Of a DNA stretch of 64,000 bases, positions 1-9,131 are shown piece by piece. The notes under the pieces were generated by a model. That model did no database searches. It was not told the DNA's origin and saw nothing but the letters and a program-made list of their open reading frames with translations. Numbering within the stretch: the stretch's first letter is position 1; each line of letters starts with the position of its first letter. The stretch comes from a virus. The DNA lies in IMG/VR virus record IMGVR_UViG_3300035698_004130, positions 38,678-102,677 of that record; one strand, written 5' to 3'. The position numbers were made by a program, and so were the translations under genes.

Positions 1-689
1 TCCAGGGAAACGTAGAGAACATTTCTACCCTCAATTACAGCCTTGGCACCTTGGTTAACCAGATACAGAGACTTTCCAACACCAGGAGGAGCTACAACAA
101 TAGCAAGTTCCTTACGGCAGAGCCCACCTTCCAGGTTTCTGTTATGAGTTGGAAGAATCGTCTTGAACCGATCCCTATCCTTATCCTCATACATTCTCTT
201 CAGACGATTGTTTACATCTGAGAAGTAATCCTGCCCAACATCAACATTACGGTTTACTAGAAGTGCATCTTTAATAAGAGATTCAATCAGTCCATAATCA
301 TGATCCCCTTTGTTTAGCATGTTGGCTGAGATAGTAATTGCTGATTTGATAGCACTCTTCTTTGCAAAGTCCTCAACAGTATCCATGATAAACTCTCGGG
401 TATCAAAGATAGACTTATCAATACTGTTGATTAAAAGGATCTCATCCTCGTAGTCATAATCATCCTTCTCAGTAGAGTTGTTTTTAATGAAGTCTACTAA
501 GGCCGAGTCGGTAGGGAGGGTGCGATACTTATCGTAGAAGTCCCTTATCCCAATATAGATGTTTTGGTAACCTGTGGATTCAAAGTATTCAGGCTTGACG
601 ATGGCGACGACTTGAGAGAAGAACTCAATATCGTGCTTCAGGAGGTAAAGACAACCGCGTTGAGTGTTGTCTGACAGATTATAGGGCAT
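1..689 (-). CDS. DnaB/gp41-like replicative DNA helicase (3' end beyond window)
   Basis: Manual translation from ATG at 689: MPYNLSDNTQRGCLYLLKHD...GGLCRKELAIVVAPPGVGKSLYLVNQG...NVLYVSL (Walker A, SF4 helicase motifs H1/H1a). Confidence 0.9.
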   Translation of the reverse strand, partial: MPYNLSDNTQRGCLYLLKHDIEFFSQVVAIVKPEYFESTGYQNIYIGIRDFYDKYRTLPTDSALVDFIKNNSTEKDDYDYEDEILLINSIDKSIFDTREFIMDTVEDFAKKSAIKSAITISANMLNKGDHDYGLIESLIKDALLVNRNVDVGQDYFSDVNNRLKRMYEDKDRDRFKTILPTHNRNLEGGLCRKELAIVVAPPGVGKSLYLVNQGAKAVIEGRNVLYVSL

Positions 690-730
690 ACGGTGTTTAT
701 AGAGCTTTGTGTGTGTAGGAAATCTTGTTA

Positions 731-1279
731 TTACTTCGTATCTTTATTTTTGATCATTTTAGCATTAGCAGCTTGGAGGAACTCTTTCTTATGAGCCGTT
801 TCCTTATCAGTATTCTTCTTAGCTAATCCAGCCTTTCTAAACACTTCCATGTTTGGATCAACCTTCTTGTAGTGAGCATCTCCACCAGACTTCATTCGTT
901 CTTTGGAGTTTGTGATGGAGTCAGCATAGAATTTCTCGGCTTCAGCCTTACCCATACCGTTCATGATACGTTGCTCGATCTGTTTCTTCTTGGTGTGAGT
1001 GGATCCCTTTACAAAGGCACTAGGAGCATCAACAACTACCCTAATAGCTACTTTCTTACACTTTAGACATTTGACTTTTTCTGGTGGATTCTCAGTCTTA
1101 TACACAATGGTTTTGTATACATCGTAATCCCTTGGGTCATCTGAGTCATCCATTGCTTCCAATTGAGCTTTGGTTGCAGACTTAGTAAGAACCTCTTCAG
1201 TATAGGTTCCGTCATCCTCTTTCCAGATATACCTAATATCTATATTCTCACATGAATTACACTTATAGTTAATAAACAT
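731..1279 (-). CDS. FmdB-like zinc-ribbon protein
   Basis: YKCNSC ... CLKC..AIRVV.AP.AFVKG pattern, with a long spacer between the CxxC pairs. Confidence 0.5.
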   Translation of the reverse strand: MFINYKCNSCENIDIRYIWKEDDGTYTEEVLTKSATKAQLEAMDDSDDPRDYDVYKTIVYKTENPPEKVKCLKCKKVAIRVVVDAPSAFVKGSTHTKKKQIEQRIMNGMGKAEAEKFYADSITNSKERMKSGGDAHYKKVDPNMEVFRKAGLAKKNTDKETAHKKEFLQAANAKMIKNKDTK

Positions 1280-1458
1280 TACTCTACAGAGATTCCATAC
1301 TCTTCAAACACCTTTTGAGACATAGTTCTAATCTTCTCATACATCTCTTCCATCTTCTTTGGATCCATAACTGAAATTCTTGCACTCATGCGTTTCATTC
1401 TTTCTAATTCAGCGTCTACAACTTCGTAGTCAACTCCTCTATCTTTATCTTGTTCCAT
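1279..1458 (-). CDS. hypothetical protein
   Basis: In-operon ORF; likely start MEQDK at 1458; TAATG coupling to the next gene. Confidence 0.6.
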   Translation of the reverse strand: MEQDKDRGVDYEVVDAELERMKRMSARISVMDPKKMEEMYEKIRTMSQKVFEEYGISVE

Positions 1459-1762
1459 TCTTTTCCTTATTCCAAAGCCAGTATCTAAATCTACCTCTTT
1501 CCCAATGAAGGGACACATGTGTTAGGTAAGCAGGGGTAGGAGGTTCAATACCCTTGTCAGCATGATCGTCCATCCTGGGGGAAACATGCTGACAAATCCA
1601 ATCCATCACAGTATGGGTATCCCCAACCGAGTCATAACAGTATTTAGAAGGGTCGGGAGCCTCAATGAATTCCATGAGACGAGTAAGACTCATATCTGTG
1701 TATTTAGCTAACTCAAGTAGATACACAGTTCTTGATTTAAAGTAGTCTACCTTAGTCGCCAC
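1445..1762 (-). CDS. hypothetical protein
   Basis: Fills the gap after the RNR gene; likely GTG start near the RNR stop (ORF track extends to 1819). Confidence 0.55.
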   Translation of the reverse strand: MATKVDYFKSRTVYLLELAKYTDMSLTRLMEFIEAPDPSKYCYDSVGDTHTVMDWICQHVSPRMDDHADKGIEPPTPAYLTHVSLHWERGRFRYWLWNKEKNGTR

Positions 1763-3671
1763 AGCCACCACCATCAACTCTACAAGCGGCAGGAGCTTGT
1801 TCTGATTCGATTCCATCATTCATAAGGGGAACTGCATACTTGAGAATGTTAGCAGGAGTAGTTGGGATAGCTTCAAGAGGCTCAGGCATCTCAGGAGTTC
1901 CCTTACTTCCCGCACGGTAAACAGTCATTCCCTTCAAGTAAGGAGCATACCGCAAAGCGATCTTGGAAATCTCTTCAGGTGTTGCATCATTTGGTAGATT
2001 GATTGTCTTACTGATAGCATTATCAATGTAACGTTGAAGTGTAGCTTGAACCATCATGTGTTCCTCAGGATCAACATCGTAGGCTCCAACAATGTGTGAA
2101 TGGTCCTTACCCTGCTCAAGAGCTTCCTTAAACATTGGATCAAGAACAACAGTATCTCTCCAAACATTACCTTCTCTGTAGCGTCTCTTATACATCGGAG
2201 CAAAGATTGGCTCAATACCAGTTGAGGCTCCATGAACCATAGAAATAGTTCCCGTAGGAGCAGCAGTTAGCATTACACCGTTCCTGATTCCATTCTCTTT
2301 AATGAGCATTCGAATTCTGGCTGGAAGCGTCTTGGCAAATTCTTCAGCAAGGAACTTCTTGGATTCGAATTCTGGGAAAGAGCCCTTATCTCTTCCGAGA
2401 TACATGGAAGCCAAGTAGGATTCGTCACGAATGGTTGCGTATAGTCTCTCAAGGAACTCGATACACTTATCTGAACCATACTTGTGGCCCATTTTGATAA
2501 GCATGTGATGGAGCCCCATAGTGCCAAGACCAATTCTACGCGACCTCTCTCCTGCTGTTCTGCACTCTTCAATTGGGTAGTGGTTTGCCGTGAGAACATT
2601 GTCTAGGAATCTAATCCCTGATCTGATGGTTCTAGCCAGTCTCTTCCAATCAACATCCTTGCAATCATCAGTAAGCATATTGGATAGGTTAACATGACCA
2701 AGACAGCAATTTGCGTAAGAGTCAAGTGGAATTTCCCCACAGGGGTTGGTCGCATTCATCTCTAGGAAATACGACAGATTAGTGTAGCGATTAGTTAGTG
2801 AGATGTTGAAGATACCAGGATCTCCAGACTCAACTGCGTTCTTCCAAATTCTATCCCAGAGATCAATAGCTTTAAAGATTACTTTTTGGGTGTCTTCAAA
2901 CTTATCATCGGGATGGCGTAGATGAAGATTGACAGCGCGAGAGAGCGCATCGTCTTCATCTAGCGCGACAATGTTGATCGTCTCGGAATGCCCATCGGGC
3001 GAAACTCTGTTGGTTGAGTAAACATAATAGTTCTTGTTATTGTATCTGAAATACCAGTCCTCATCATTCTCACAAGCTTCAATAAACCTGTCAGTGATTG
3101 CTACTGAGATATTGAAGTTTGTTAGCTGAGAAAGATCCAGTTTAACATGCAGAAACTCCAGTAGATCAGGATGAGTAACGTTAAGTTGGGCCATAAGAGC
3201 CGTTCGTCTATTTTTTCCTGCCTTAACATGATTACCAACCTCATTAATCATCTGCATCACTGAAACAGATCCAGGTGCAGAATTCTTGATGTTTCCAATA
3301 TCGTCACCCTTGGGTCGGATCTTGGAGAAATTAAACCCAATACCCCCTCCACCACAGGAGATGCGATACATATCTTGAATCAACTTTCCAATTGATTCCA
3401 CAGTGTCTTCTGGTTCGATGGAATAGCAATTAAGAAGGTTCTGTTTATTCCTTCCTGCACCATAAATGATCCTCCCACCTGGAACGAAGTCGCCTGAACT
3501 TAGGATTTCAAAGAATCTTGTTTCAACTGTTTTTACGTCACCTTCTTTCTCAACAGATGCAACGTGCTTCGACATTACTTTGCATCTTTCACTATACTTT
3601 GTCTCGCCAGGGTATGCGTATCGTTGCTCAAAAATCTTCTGCCCTAATCCGTCCAGTTGCTTTATCGTCAT
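1752..3671 (-). CDS. nrdJ: Adenosylcobalamin-dependent (class II) ribonucleotide reductase
   Basis: PGGRI, LLNCY, GGGIG, ATNPCGEIPL, CCLGHVNL, APTGTIS, KGMTVYR (no class I YY pair), C-terminal CRVDGGGC; no nrdB adjacent. Confidence 0.9.
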   Translation of the reverse strand: MTIKQLDGLGQKIFEQRYAYPGETKYSERCKVMSKHVASVEKEGDVKTVETRFFEILSSGDFVPGGRIIYGAGRNKQNLLNCYSIEPEDTVESIGKLIQDMYRISCGGGGIGFNFSKIRPKGDDIGNIKNSAPGSVSVMQMINEVGNHVKAGKNRRTALMAQLNVTHPDLLEFLHVKLDLSQLTNFNISVAITDRFIEACENDEDWYFRYNNKNYYVYSTNRVSPDGHSETINIVALDEDDALSRAVNLHLRHPDDKFEDTQKVIFKAIDLWDRIWKNAVESGDPGIFNISLTNRYTNLSYFLEMNATNPCGEIPLDSYANCCLGHVNLSNMLTDDCKDVDWKRLARTIRSGIRFLDNVLTANHYPIEECRTAGERSRRIGLGTMGLHHMLIKMGHKYGSDKCIEFLERLYATIRDESYLASMYLGRDKGSFPEFESKKFLAEEFAKTLPARIRMLIKENGIRNGVMLTAAPTGTISMVHGASTGIEPIFAPMYKRRYREGNVWRDTVVLDPMFKEALEQGKDHSHIVGAYDVDPEEHMMVQATLQRYIDNAISKTINLPNDATPEEISKIALRYAPYLKGMTVYRAGSKGTPEMPEPLEAIPTTPANILKYAVPLMNDGIESEQAPAACRVDGGGCGD

Positions 3672-5260
3672 CCTATTGTGCTCAATCCTTCTTTCTTTGT
3701 AACCAGTATGTATTGAGATTCGCTCAATAGCTCTTGTAAGTGTGTATTGTGCGTAATTAACAATAGCACCTTATCAGGGTATTGCAATCTCAACGCATCG
3801 AGTAGATTATTTACTGCGCTGATCCCTGAATCATCGATATTATCACAAACTTCGTCAAAGAAGATTACGTTACAGTTGGTTCTAGAAATCTTAGCACTCA
3901 AATCTTGAAGTGCTAACATGATGGCAAGATTCACTCTTCTCTTCTCACCACCGGACAGTGAGATGTATTTAGTAACCAAGCCATTATTTTTTATCGTTTC
4001 TTCTAGTCCATCTGTGAACTCGATCGTAAATTGGCTACTAGTTAAAATCGAGATGTATTCGTTGCACTTTGAGTTAAAATACTCAAGGATGTTACGAATG
4101 ACGTATTTAATGAGCCCCTTCTCTGAAAAGGCTAATTCCCAGAACTTCATAACCTCTATAAGCGTCTCTAACTCATTAACTCTACTTGAGTATTCATCTA
4201 TCTGAGTGGTTACCTCAGTAAGTCGATCCCTACTTACTTGGGAAGTTTCAATTAACTTATTCTTCTCGTTATACTTTGCCCACTCAGATGAAGAATACTC
4301 AGGCTTAAGAGATAAGATTTTCTTTTCATTGAAGTCAACAGTCCCTTGATCGATGATTGAAATTGCTTGAAACTCTCCTAATCCTTCGGTGATCCTCTCA
4401 AGGTCTTCATGGGTCTGACACTTAAGATAGGAGTTTTTGCAAACAGGACACTCCTTATCTTCTGTGAATACCCCAGCATCCTTTGATTCTTGAAGCTTCT
4501 TAATCTTCTCTCTATATTTTCTTAACGATGTTTGAGCCTCACTTATCCTAGACCTGGATTCAACTATTTGACGTTCAGCCTCAAGGATATCTTCTAGGCT
4601 GGGTAACTCTACAAGGGAATACTTCGGACTTGGAATCTGGTCACCTAGCCGCTCCCTCTCTACCAGGAGCTTGTCTAGGAAAACTTGTGTAGTCTTCATC
4701 TCTGCATTGTAGCCCGATCTAAGTTGCTTGACAGCGGAACGCTTACCAAACATGTCATCCAGGTTGAAGCAGTTTCTGATGATCTTTCTCTTATCCTCAG
4801 GGTTTGAATCTAGGAAGGAGAAACTACTGTGCTGACCAAATACTACAGACGCCATAAACGACTTGTAGTCAGTCTCTAAAACCTCTTCGATATATTTTTG
4901 GGTCTCGGGAGCATTTTCCTTGTTTTGGTTTACACCATTAACAATAAAGTTTAAAGAAGTTGGTCTCTTGGTTCTAGTGATCTCAATATCACCAACACCC
5001 TCTTTATCTAGGAGAAGAGTAACGGACAATCCACTCCCGAACTGAGTGTTTACGATTGAGTCTTCGTTACTCTTGCGAATAGTCTTGCCAAAAATCCCTA
5101 GGGTGATAACCTCTAGGATAGCAGACTTACCAGCACCGTTTGATGCACCAGAATCCAGGTTGTTTCCAAGGATTCTTACAATACCATTATACTTTGTTAG
5201 ATCAAGATCTAAGTTCTTAAAGGAATAAATATTCCTAGCCTTCACTCGTTTTATTCTCAT
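3668..5260 (-). CDS. gp46: SbcC/Rad50-like recombination endonuclease ATPase subunit (T4 gp46-like)
   Basis: NGAGKS Walker A, CPVC zinc hook, LSGGEKRR signature, FFDE Walker B, ITH. Confidence 0.93.
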   Translation of the reverse strand: MRIKRVKARNIYSFKNLDLDLTKYNGIVRILGNNLDSGASNGAGKSAILEVITLGIFGKTIRKSNEDSIVNTQFGSGLSVTLLLDKEGVGDIEITRTKRPTSLNFIVNGVNQNKENAPETQKYIEEVLETDYKSFMASVVFGQHSSFSFLDSNPEDKRKIIRNCFNLDDMFGKRSAVKQLRSGYNAEMKTTQVFLDKLLVERERLGDQIPSPKYSLVELPSLEDILEAERQIVESRSRISEAQTSLRKYREKIKKLQESKDAGVFTEDKECPVCKNSYLKCQTHEDLERITEGLGEFQAISIIDQGTVDFNEKKILSLKPEYSSSEWAKYNEKNKLIETSQVSRDRLTEVTTQIDEYSSRVNELETLIEVMKFWELAFSEKGLIKYVIRNILEYFNSKCNEYISILTSSQFTIEFTDGLEETIKNNGLVTKYISLSGGEKRRVNLAIMLALQDLSAKISRTNCNVIFFDEVCDNIDDSGISAVNNLLDALRLQYPDKVLLLITHNTHLQELLSESQYILVTKKEGLSTIG

Positions 5261-6296
5261 GGTCTGAGATAATATCTAGCCCCTTCTCTAAATCTTCCTG
5301 CGGAATTGTGGAGGCTTGCTCTTCCAAGTATTGGCGAATCATATCACCATGTATGGATTGAACCGGGATATTTGGGTCGAAATTTGAAATGCGGTTATCC
5401 AGCTTCTTATCAAAGATGGGTTGGAATTTAATATCCACATGCTTCACCTTGTATTCTTCTAGAATATTGTTTCTAGTGTCAGTTGAGCCTTCCTCAGTGA
5501 ACTTATCCATGAGGACTCGCAGGATAGTGAAGTATCTTGGATCTTGGATCTCCTCTTTCATCTGTTCTAAAGATTCAAAGGGACAAACATAGTATCTTGG
5601 TCCGAACTCTACAGCCTTCTTTACCAGAGGTGACCAAACCCCTGGGGATTCTTGTGTAATTGTTCCAGTGAAGTGATCGTAATCACACTCACCAAAATTA
5701 GTTGACCATGGTGTCCCTAGAACTAGGACATTACCATCATCCTTATATCGGTGAATGTGGCCCAGAATCGTTCTATTCTTAAACACACCTTTCTCAAATC
5801 CAAAATCCATAAACCCACCTGAGTTCATGCAACCTTGGTATCCAAAGTGTCCAAAGACTACTGTGTCCTTATCCTTTATGTAACAAAGACTTTCCTTGAT
5901 TGTAGCCTCATTCTCATAGTGAGGAATAAAGAGGAAGTTAAGGTCTTCATCAAACTGGGTCTGGCTGATGAGAGACACTTTACTCCCGGACCACTCTAGG
6001 GTTTCCAATGCGGTTAGCCCGTCATCAGATTTATTTGCGGAATCATGGTTCCCCCGCAAGATGAAAACCTTTGTTAGTCCGGGAGTAAGTGAAATTTTCT
6101 TGAAGAGTCTTGCCACCTTTACAATAACCTCCGGGTGAGGTTTCCTATGGTGGTAGATGTCCCCTAAGAATACGACGTATTTTGGCTTGCTGCTATCGAT
6201 TAGCTTCAAGCAGGTTTCTACTTGGTTATCCAAATACCCCTTAAAAGGGCTATCAAAATGGGTATCCCCAATAATGAGGCATTTGGAGTTACTCAT
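5235..6296 (-). CDS. gp47: SbcD/Mre11-like nuclease subunit (T4 gp47-like)
   Basis: GDTH, LGDIY, GNHD, FGH, LGHIH metallophosphoesterase motifs; adjacent to gp46. Confidence 0.92.
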   Translation of the reverse strand: MSNSKCLIIGDTHFDSPFKGYLDNQVETCLKLIDSSKPKYVVFLGDIYHHRKPHPEVIVKVARLFKKISLTPGLTKVFILRGNHDSANKSDDGLTALETLEWSGSKVSLISQTQFDEDLNFLFIPHYENEATIKESLCYIKDKDTVVFGHFGYQGCMNSGGFMDFGFEKGVFKNRTILGHIHRYKDDGNVLVLGTPWSTNFGECDYDHFTGTITQESPGVWSPLVKKAVEFGPRYYVCPFESLEQMKEEIQDPRYFTILRVLMDKFTEEGSTDTRNNILEEYKVKHVDIKFQPIFDKKLDNRISNFDPNIPVQSIHGDMIRQYLEEQASTIPQEDLEKGLDIISDHENKTSEG

Positions 6297-6514
6297 CGGC
6301 GACGGCGATTGTTATTTGCAGACCCGATCCAGATACACAGGATGGTGATAAGAAGAATAGTGAGGATAATAACTAATGGTCCCCAAAGAGGTGCAGTAAT
6401 CCACCACCAACTCCAGGTGATGAACTCAGTAAGCTTGAGCACCAGGAACACAATGAAAAGCAGGAACATGGGTCCAACGCTTTCTACCTTAACAGTGCTA
6501 CTCACTTCAACCAC
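6293..6514 (-). CDS. small two-TM membrane protein
   Basis: LFIVFLVLKLTEFITWSWWWITAPLW hydrophobic motif typical of a common phage membrane protein family. Confidence 0.7.
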   Translation of the reverse strand: MVEVSSTVKVESVGPMFLLFIVFLVLKLTEFITWSWWWITAPLWGPLVIILTILLITILCIWIGSANNNRRRR

Positions 6515-6882
6515 CAGTGCTTTTCAGCATCCCCATCAAGTCCAATGTAAACTTCCATGCCTTCGGGACCGGAATGGAATGAAAGGATGTTCTTCCCATT
6601 TGGATTGGCCTCTAGACCACGGAAGGGAAGGTTATCCAACATCTTTTGAATGCAAGTAAGAACACCCTTACGACGGGAGAACTGCTCATTCATGCGACAC
6701 TTTGCCGAAAACATCGTTGAAGATACAGTATCAAAGATTACTGTATGCCCACCATGCTGCTTCATCTTACGCCCATTCTGTTCGAATTGTCTAAGATGCT
6801 TAACCTTTAGGTTAAGTGAGAATAGTTCATCCCCAGACTTATAGTCTAGGATTGTAACTCCAAAATCAGGTGCTTGGGCCAT
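6502..6882 (-). CDS. hypothetical protein
   Basis: 126-aa ORF, TAATG-coupled to the upstream gene. Confidence 0.7.
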   Translation of the reverse strand: MAQAPDFGVTILDYKSGDELFSLNLKVKHLRQFEQNGRKMKQHGGHTVIFDTVSSTMFSAKCRMNEQFSRRKGVLTCIQKMLDNLPFRGLEANPNGKNILSFHSGPEGMEVYIGLDGDAEKHWWLK

Positions 6883-7214
6883 TAGTCTACCACCTTAACA
6901 TTACGTGAGATGTAGGATGCAATCTTCTCAAAGGAGTATTTTTTTTCGTCATTCAAATGAATGAGCTTTTCTTGCATTTCAACAGATAGCCCGGCATAAG
7001 GCATAGTGGTTTCTAACGCTTCCCCCTTAGTAACCGACATAGGATAGCCATCATGCCAGTGTTCTTCCCTTAATTGCCCAGTGATGCTCTTAAGAACACC
7101 CAAGCAACAAAAGGCTCCCCCATCGTAGCTGCACATGCTTCCTTCCGTTTGGTCAAATTTCTTAGAGCGGAGGGCATTCAGCCATTTCTTCTTGATAATC
7201 TTACGCATTGTCAT
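6882..7214 (-). CDS. conserved phage hypothetical protein
   Basis: KWLNALRS..F.Q...FCCLGVL...LND...SFEKIA motif; ATG at 7214 preceded by AAAGGA RBS. Confidence 0.7.
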   Translation of the reverse strand: MTMRKIIKKKWLNALRSKKFDQTEGSMCSYDGGAFCCLGVLKSITGQLREEHWHDGYPMSVTKGEALETTMPYAGLSVEMQEKLIHLNDEKKYSFEKIASYISRNVKVVD

Positions 7215-7306
7215 AGTAGGTAGTCCTTTTTGAAACCTAGTTGTGTTTCCAAATGATTGGAAACCGATCAGTGAAACTGTCACCAAGTCTAACTTGGGCA
7301 GTGGAG

Positions 7307-7315
7307 GTATTATAG
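7307..7315 (-). promoter_or_regulatory. putative -10 promoter element (CTATAATAC)
   Basis: TATAAT in the gap after thyX, ~90 nt upstream of ATG 7214. Confidence 0.55.
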
Positions 7316-7368
7316 CCAGCCCGATGCCGGACTGACGTTCCATTCCCTTAAATTTCGCTAGAAAACAA

Positions 7369-8160
7369 TTAAATGTTCTCTTTAGTGATTCCCATTTTTT
7401 CAAGATCATCTGCGACTAAAAGCCAAAGAGCTTCTGCCATCTTTCTAATTTCGAATTGAGCGTCTGGCTTCAATCTTTGGTGTAGGAACCAAATTACTGA
7501 TTGCAGGGAGAGGGTCCAATAAGCCTTTGTATACATAGTCTGGGGGAGGATCATCCTCGCTACTTCCTTAGCAACACCGTTCTTAATTAGACTGTGATAG
7601 AGCTTTAAACTAGCCTTACAGTGTTCCTCCATTGCGTTGACAGCACCAGATTCTGACAGATAGGCAATATCGTATCTACTCAGCATATTCTCATATTCCC
7701 CTGAGCTTTGCTTGTTGCCATGCCCAGGATTGGATCTCAGGTATCTTGGAATATAGTAATTATCTGAGGTCTGGGTATACCGTCCAGAGGTCTCATTCCA
7801 AGAGCAACCCTTGTCGTTGTCATAGAGGTGGTCCAGAGCCTCCACAGAAACTTCCTCACCGTTGATCTCGTAGCTCCTGAATCCAGAGCCAACCTGATAT
7901 TTCATCAACTGTCGAGCCACATAAATGGGCAATTCAACCTCAAAGGTGTAGTATGAGTGACGGAATGGGCTAGTATGCTCATGCTCCCAGAGATATCCGG
8001 TGAGCTTCTTATCCTTATCCTCAAACTTGTCCTTTTTCTTGTCGTAGGAGGCTCTTGCAGCATTTGCTACTTTTAGGGCGTGATCGTGGACCATTTTGTC
8101 TACGAGGGATAATGAACTCTTCTCATCTAGGAGAAAATCAATTTTATTGGGTTCTTGCAT
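7369..8160 (-). CDS. thyX: FAD-dependent thymidylate synthase
   Basis: AARASY, HEHTSPF, PIYVARQL, WNETSGRY, KEVARMILPQ, AQFEIR. Confidence 0.95.
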   Translation of the reverse strand: MQEPNKIDFLLDEKSSLSLVDKMVHDHALKVANAARASYDKKKDKFEDKDKKLTGYLWEHEHTSPFRHSYYTFEVELPIYVARQLMKYQVGSGFRSYEINGEEVSVEALDHLYDNDKGCSWNETSGRYTQTSDNYYIPRYLRSNPGHGNKQSSGEYENMLSRYDIAYLSESGAVNAMEEHCKASLKLYHSLIKNGVAKEVARMILPQTMYTKAYWTLSLQSVIWFLHQRLKPDAQFEIRKMAEALWLLVADDLEKMGITKENI

Positions 8161-8198
8161 AGTATTTGATGTAAATAGGGGTGAGGAATTACTGACTG

Positions 8199-9131
8199 AT
8201 GATTGACATTGATGAACTAACCGTAGACGAATCCCTGGAACTTCTTGAGGGAATTACAAAGAAGCTTAATAAAATTAAGAAAGCAGGAGCCCAAAACTTC
8301 GGGGACCCAAAGATGGGAGATATGGTAAGCCAAGGCCAAAAGGAGATTAATAGAAATCCTAAGCCCGGATTTGGTGGGACTACCAAACGAAGGTCAGAAC
8401 ATAGACGTAAAAGAGGTGTGAAAAAGGCTCAGGAATCTCTTTTGAACTTTATCCAACAAGCTGTTAGTGAGGCTAATAAGGCTAACAAAGCTAAGAAAAG
8501 AAACTATGAGGGTAAGTCGGGTGCCGATATTATGTCCAAGGAGAAATTAGGAATTCATTCCTTGCCTGCTGGAACAAAAAAAAGAGCATTTGATGGCATG
8601 ATTAAATCCGATGCTAAGGGGGGAGGGACTAAAAATAGAATCCATCATGAGGCAGGAAGAAGGGCTGTTCACAGACAAAAAGCTCGCGAATCACTATTTG
8701 GAACAATCCATAACATGATTACCGAAGAGCAAGCAGATGACATTGAACAAGCCGGAGGTAGCCCTGAGGTTTTCAGAGCCACCAGAAAGGCCAAGCTCGC
8801 TCAAAGAGGTGTTCGTAAGTCTAAGCACATTTCCCGTAAGGATGCTTTAGGTAAGATGGGAGGAAGATATAAGAAAGATGGAACTCAAGCTGACAAGCAT
8901 ACTAAGTCAGGTGGAGAAAAGAACTTCTCGGATGATACCAAGAAGACTTCAGGTATTCCACTTAATCCAAAGGGTAAGCCTAAAAAGGGAAGATCAAGAG
9001 GAGACAAAGCTGACGTTAGAGGAAAGACTGTGAACACCTCACGTTCAACCGGAGAAGAAGGTCGTAAGGCTGATGCTAATGCAGACGCTTTCAGTGACCT
9101 AGTGGGTAACCTTAGCAAGAACAAACGCTAG
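8199..9131 (+). CDS. Lys/Arg-rich putative internal head protein
   Basis: Very basic modules separated by ESL...E linkers like those of the prohead protease extension; GTAAATA and GAGG upstream. Confidence 0.55.
   Translation: MIDIDELTVDESLELLEGITKKLNKIKKAGAQNFGDPKMGDMVSQGQKEINRNPKPGFGGTTKRRSEHRRKRGVKKAQESLLNFIQQAVSEANKANKAKKRNYEGKSGADIMSKEKLGIHSLPAGTKKRAFDGMIKSDAKGGGTKNRIHHEAGRRAVHRQKARESLFGTIHNMITEEQADDIEQAGGSPEVFRATRKAKLAQRGVRKSKHISRKDALGKMGGRYKKDGTQADKHTKSGGEKNFSDDTKKTSGIPLNPKGKPKKGRSRGDKADVRGKTVNTSRSTGEEGRKADANADAFSDLVGNLSKNKR

Noticed and set aside
6222-6659. 145-aa plus-strand ORF and the other short antisense or nested ORFs in the track (e.g. 25070-25522, 20995-21378, 57889-58254)
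   Set aside because: Shadow frames of well-supported genes, with no recognisable motifs
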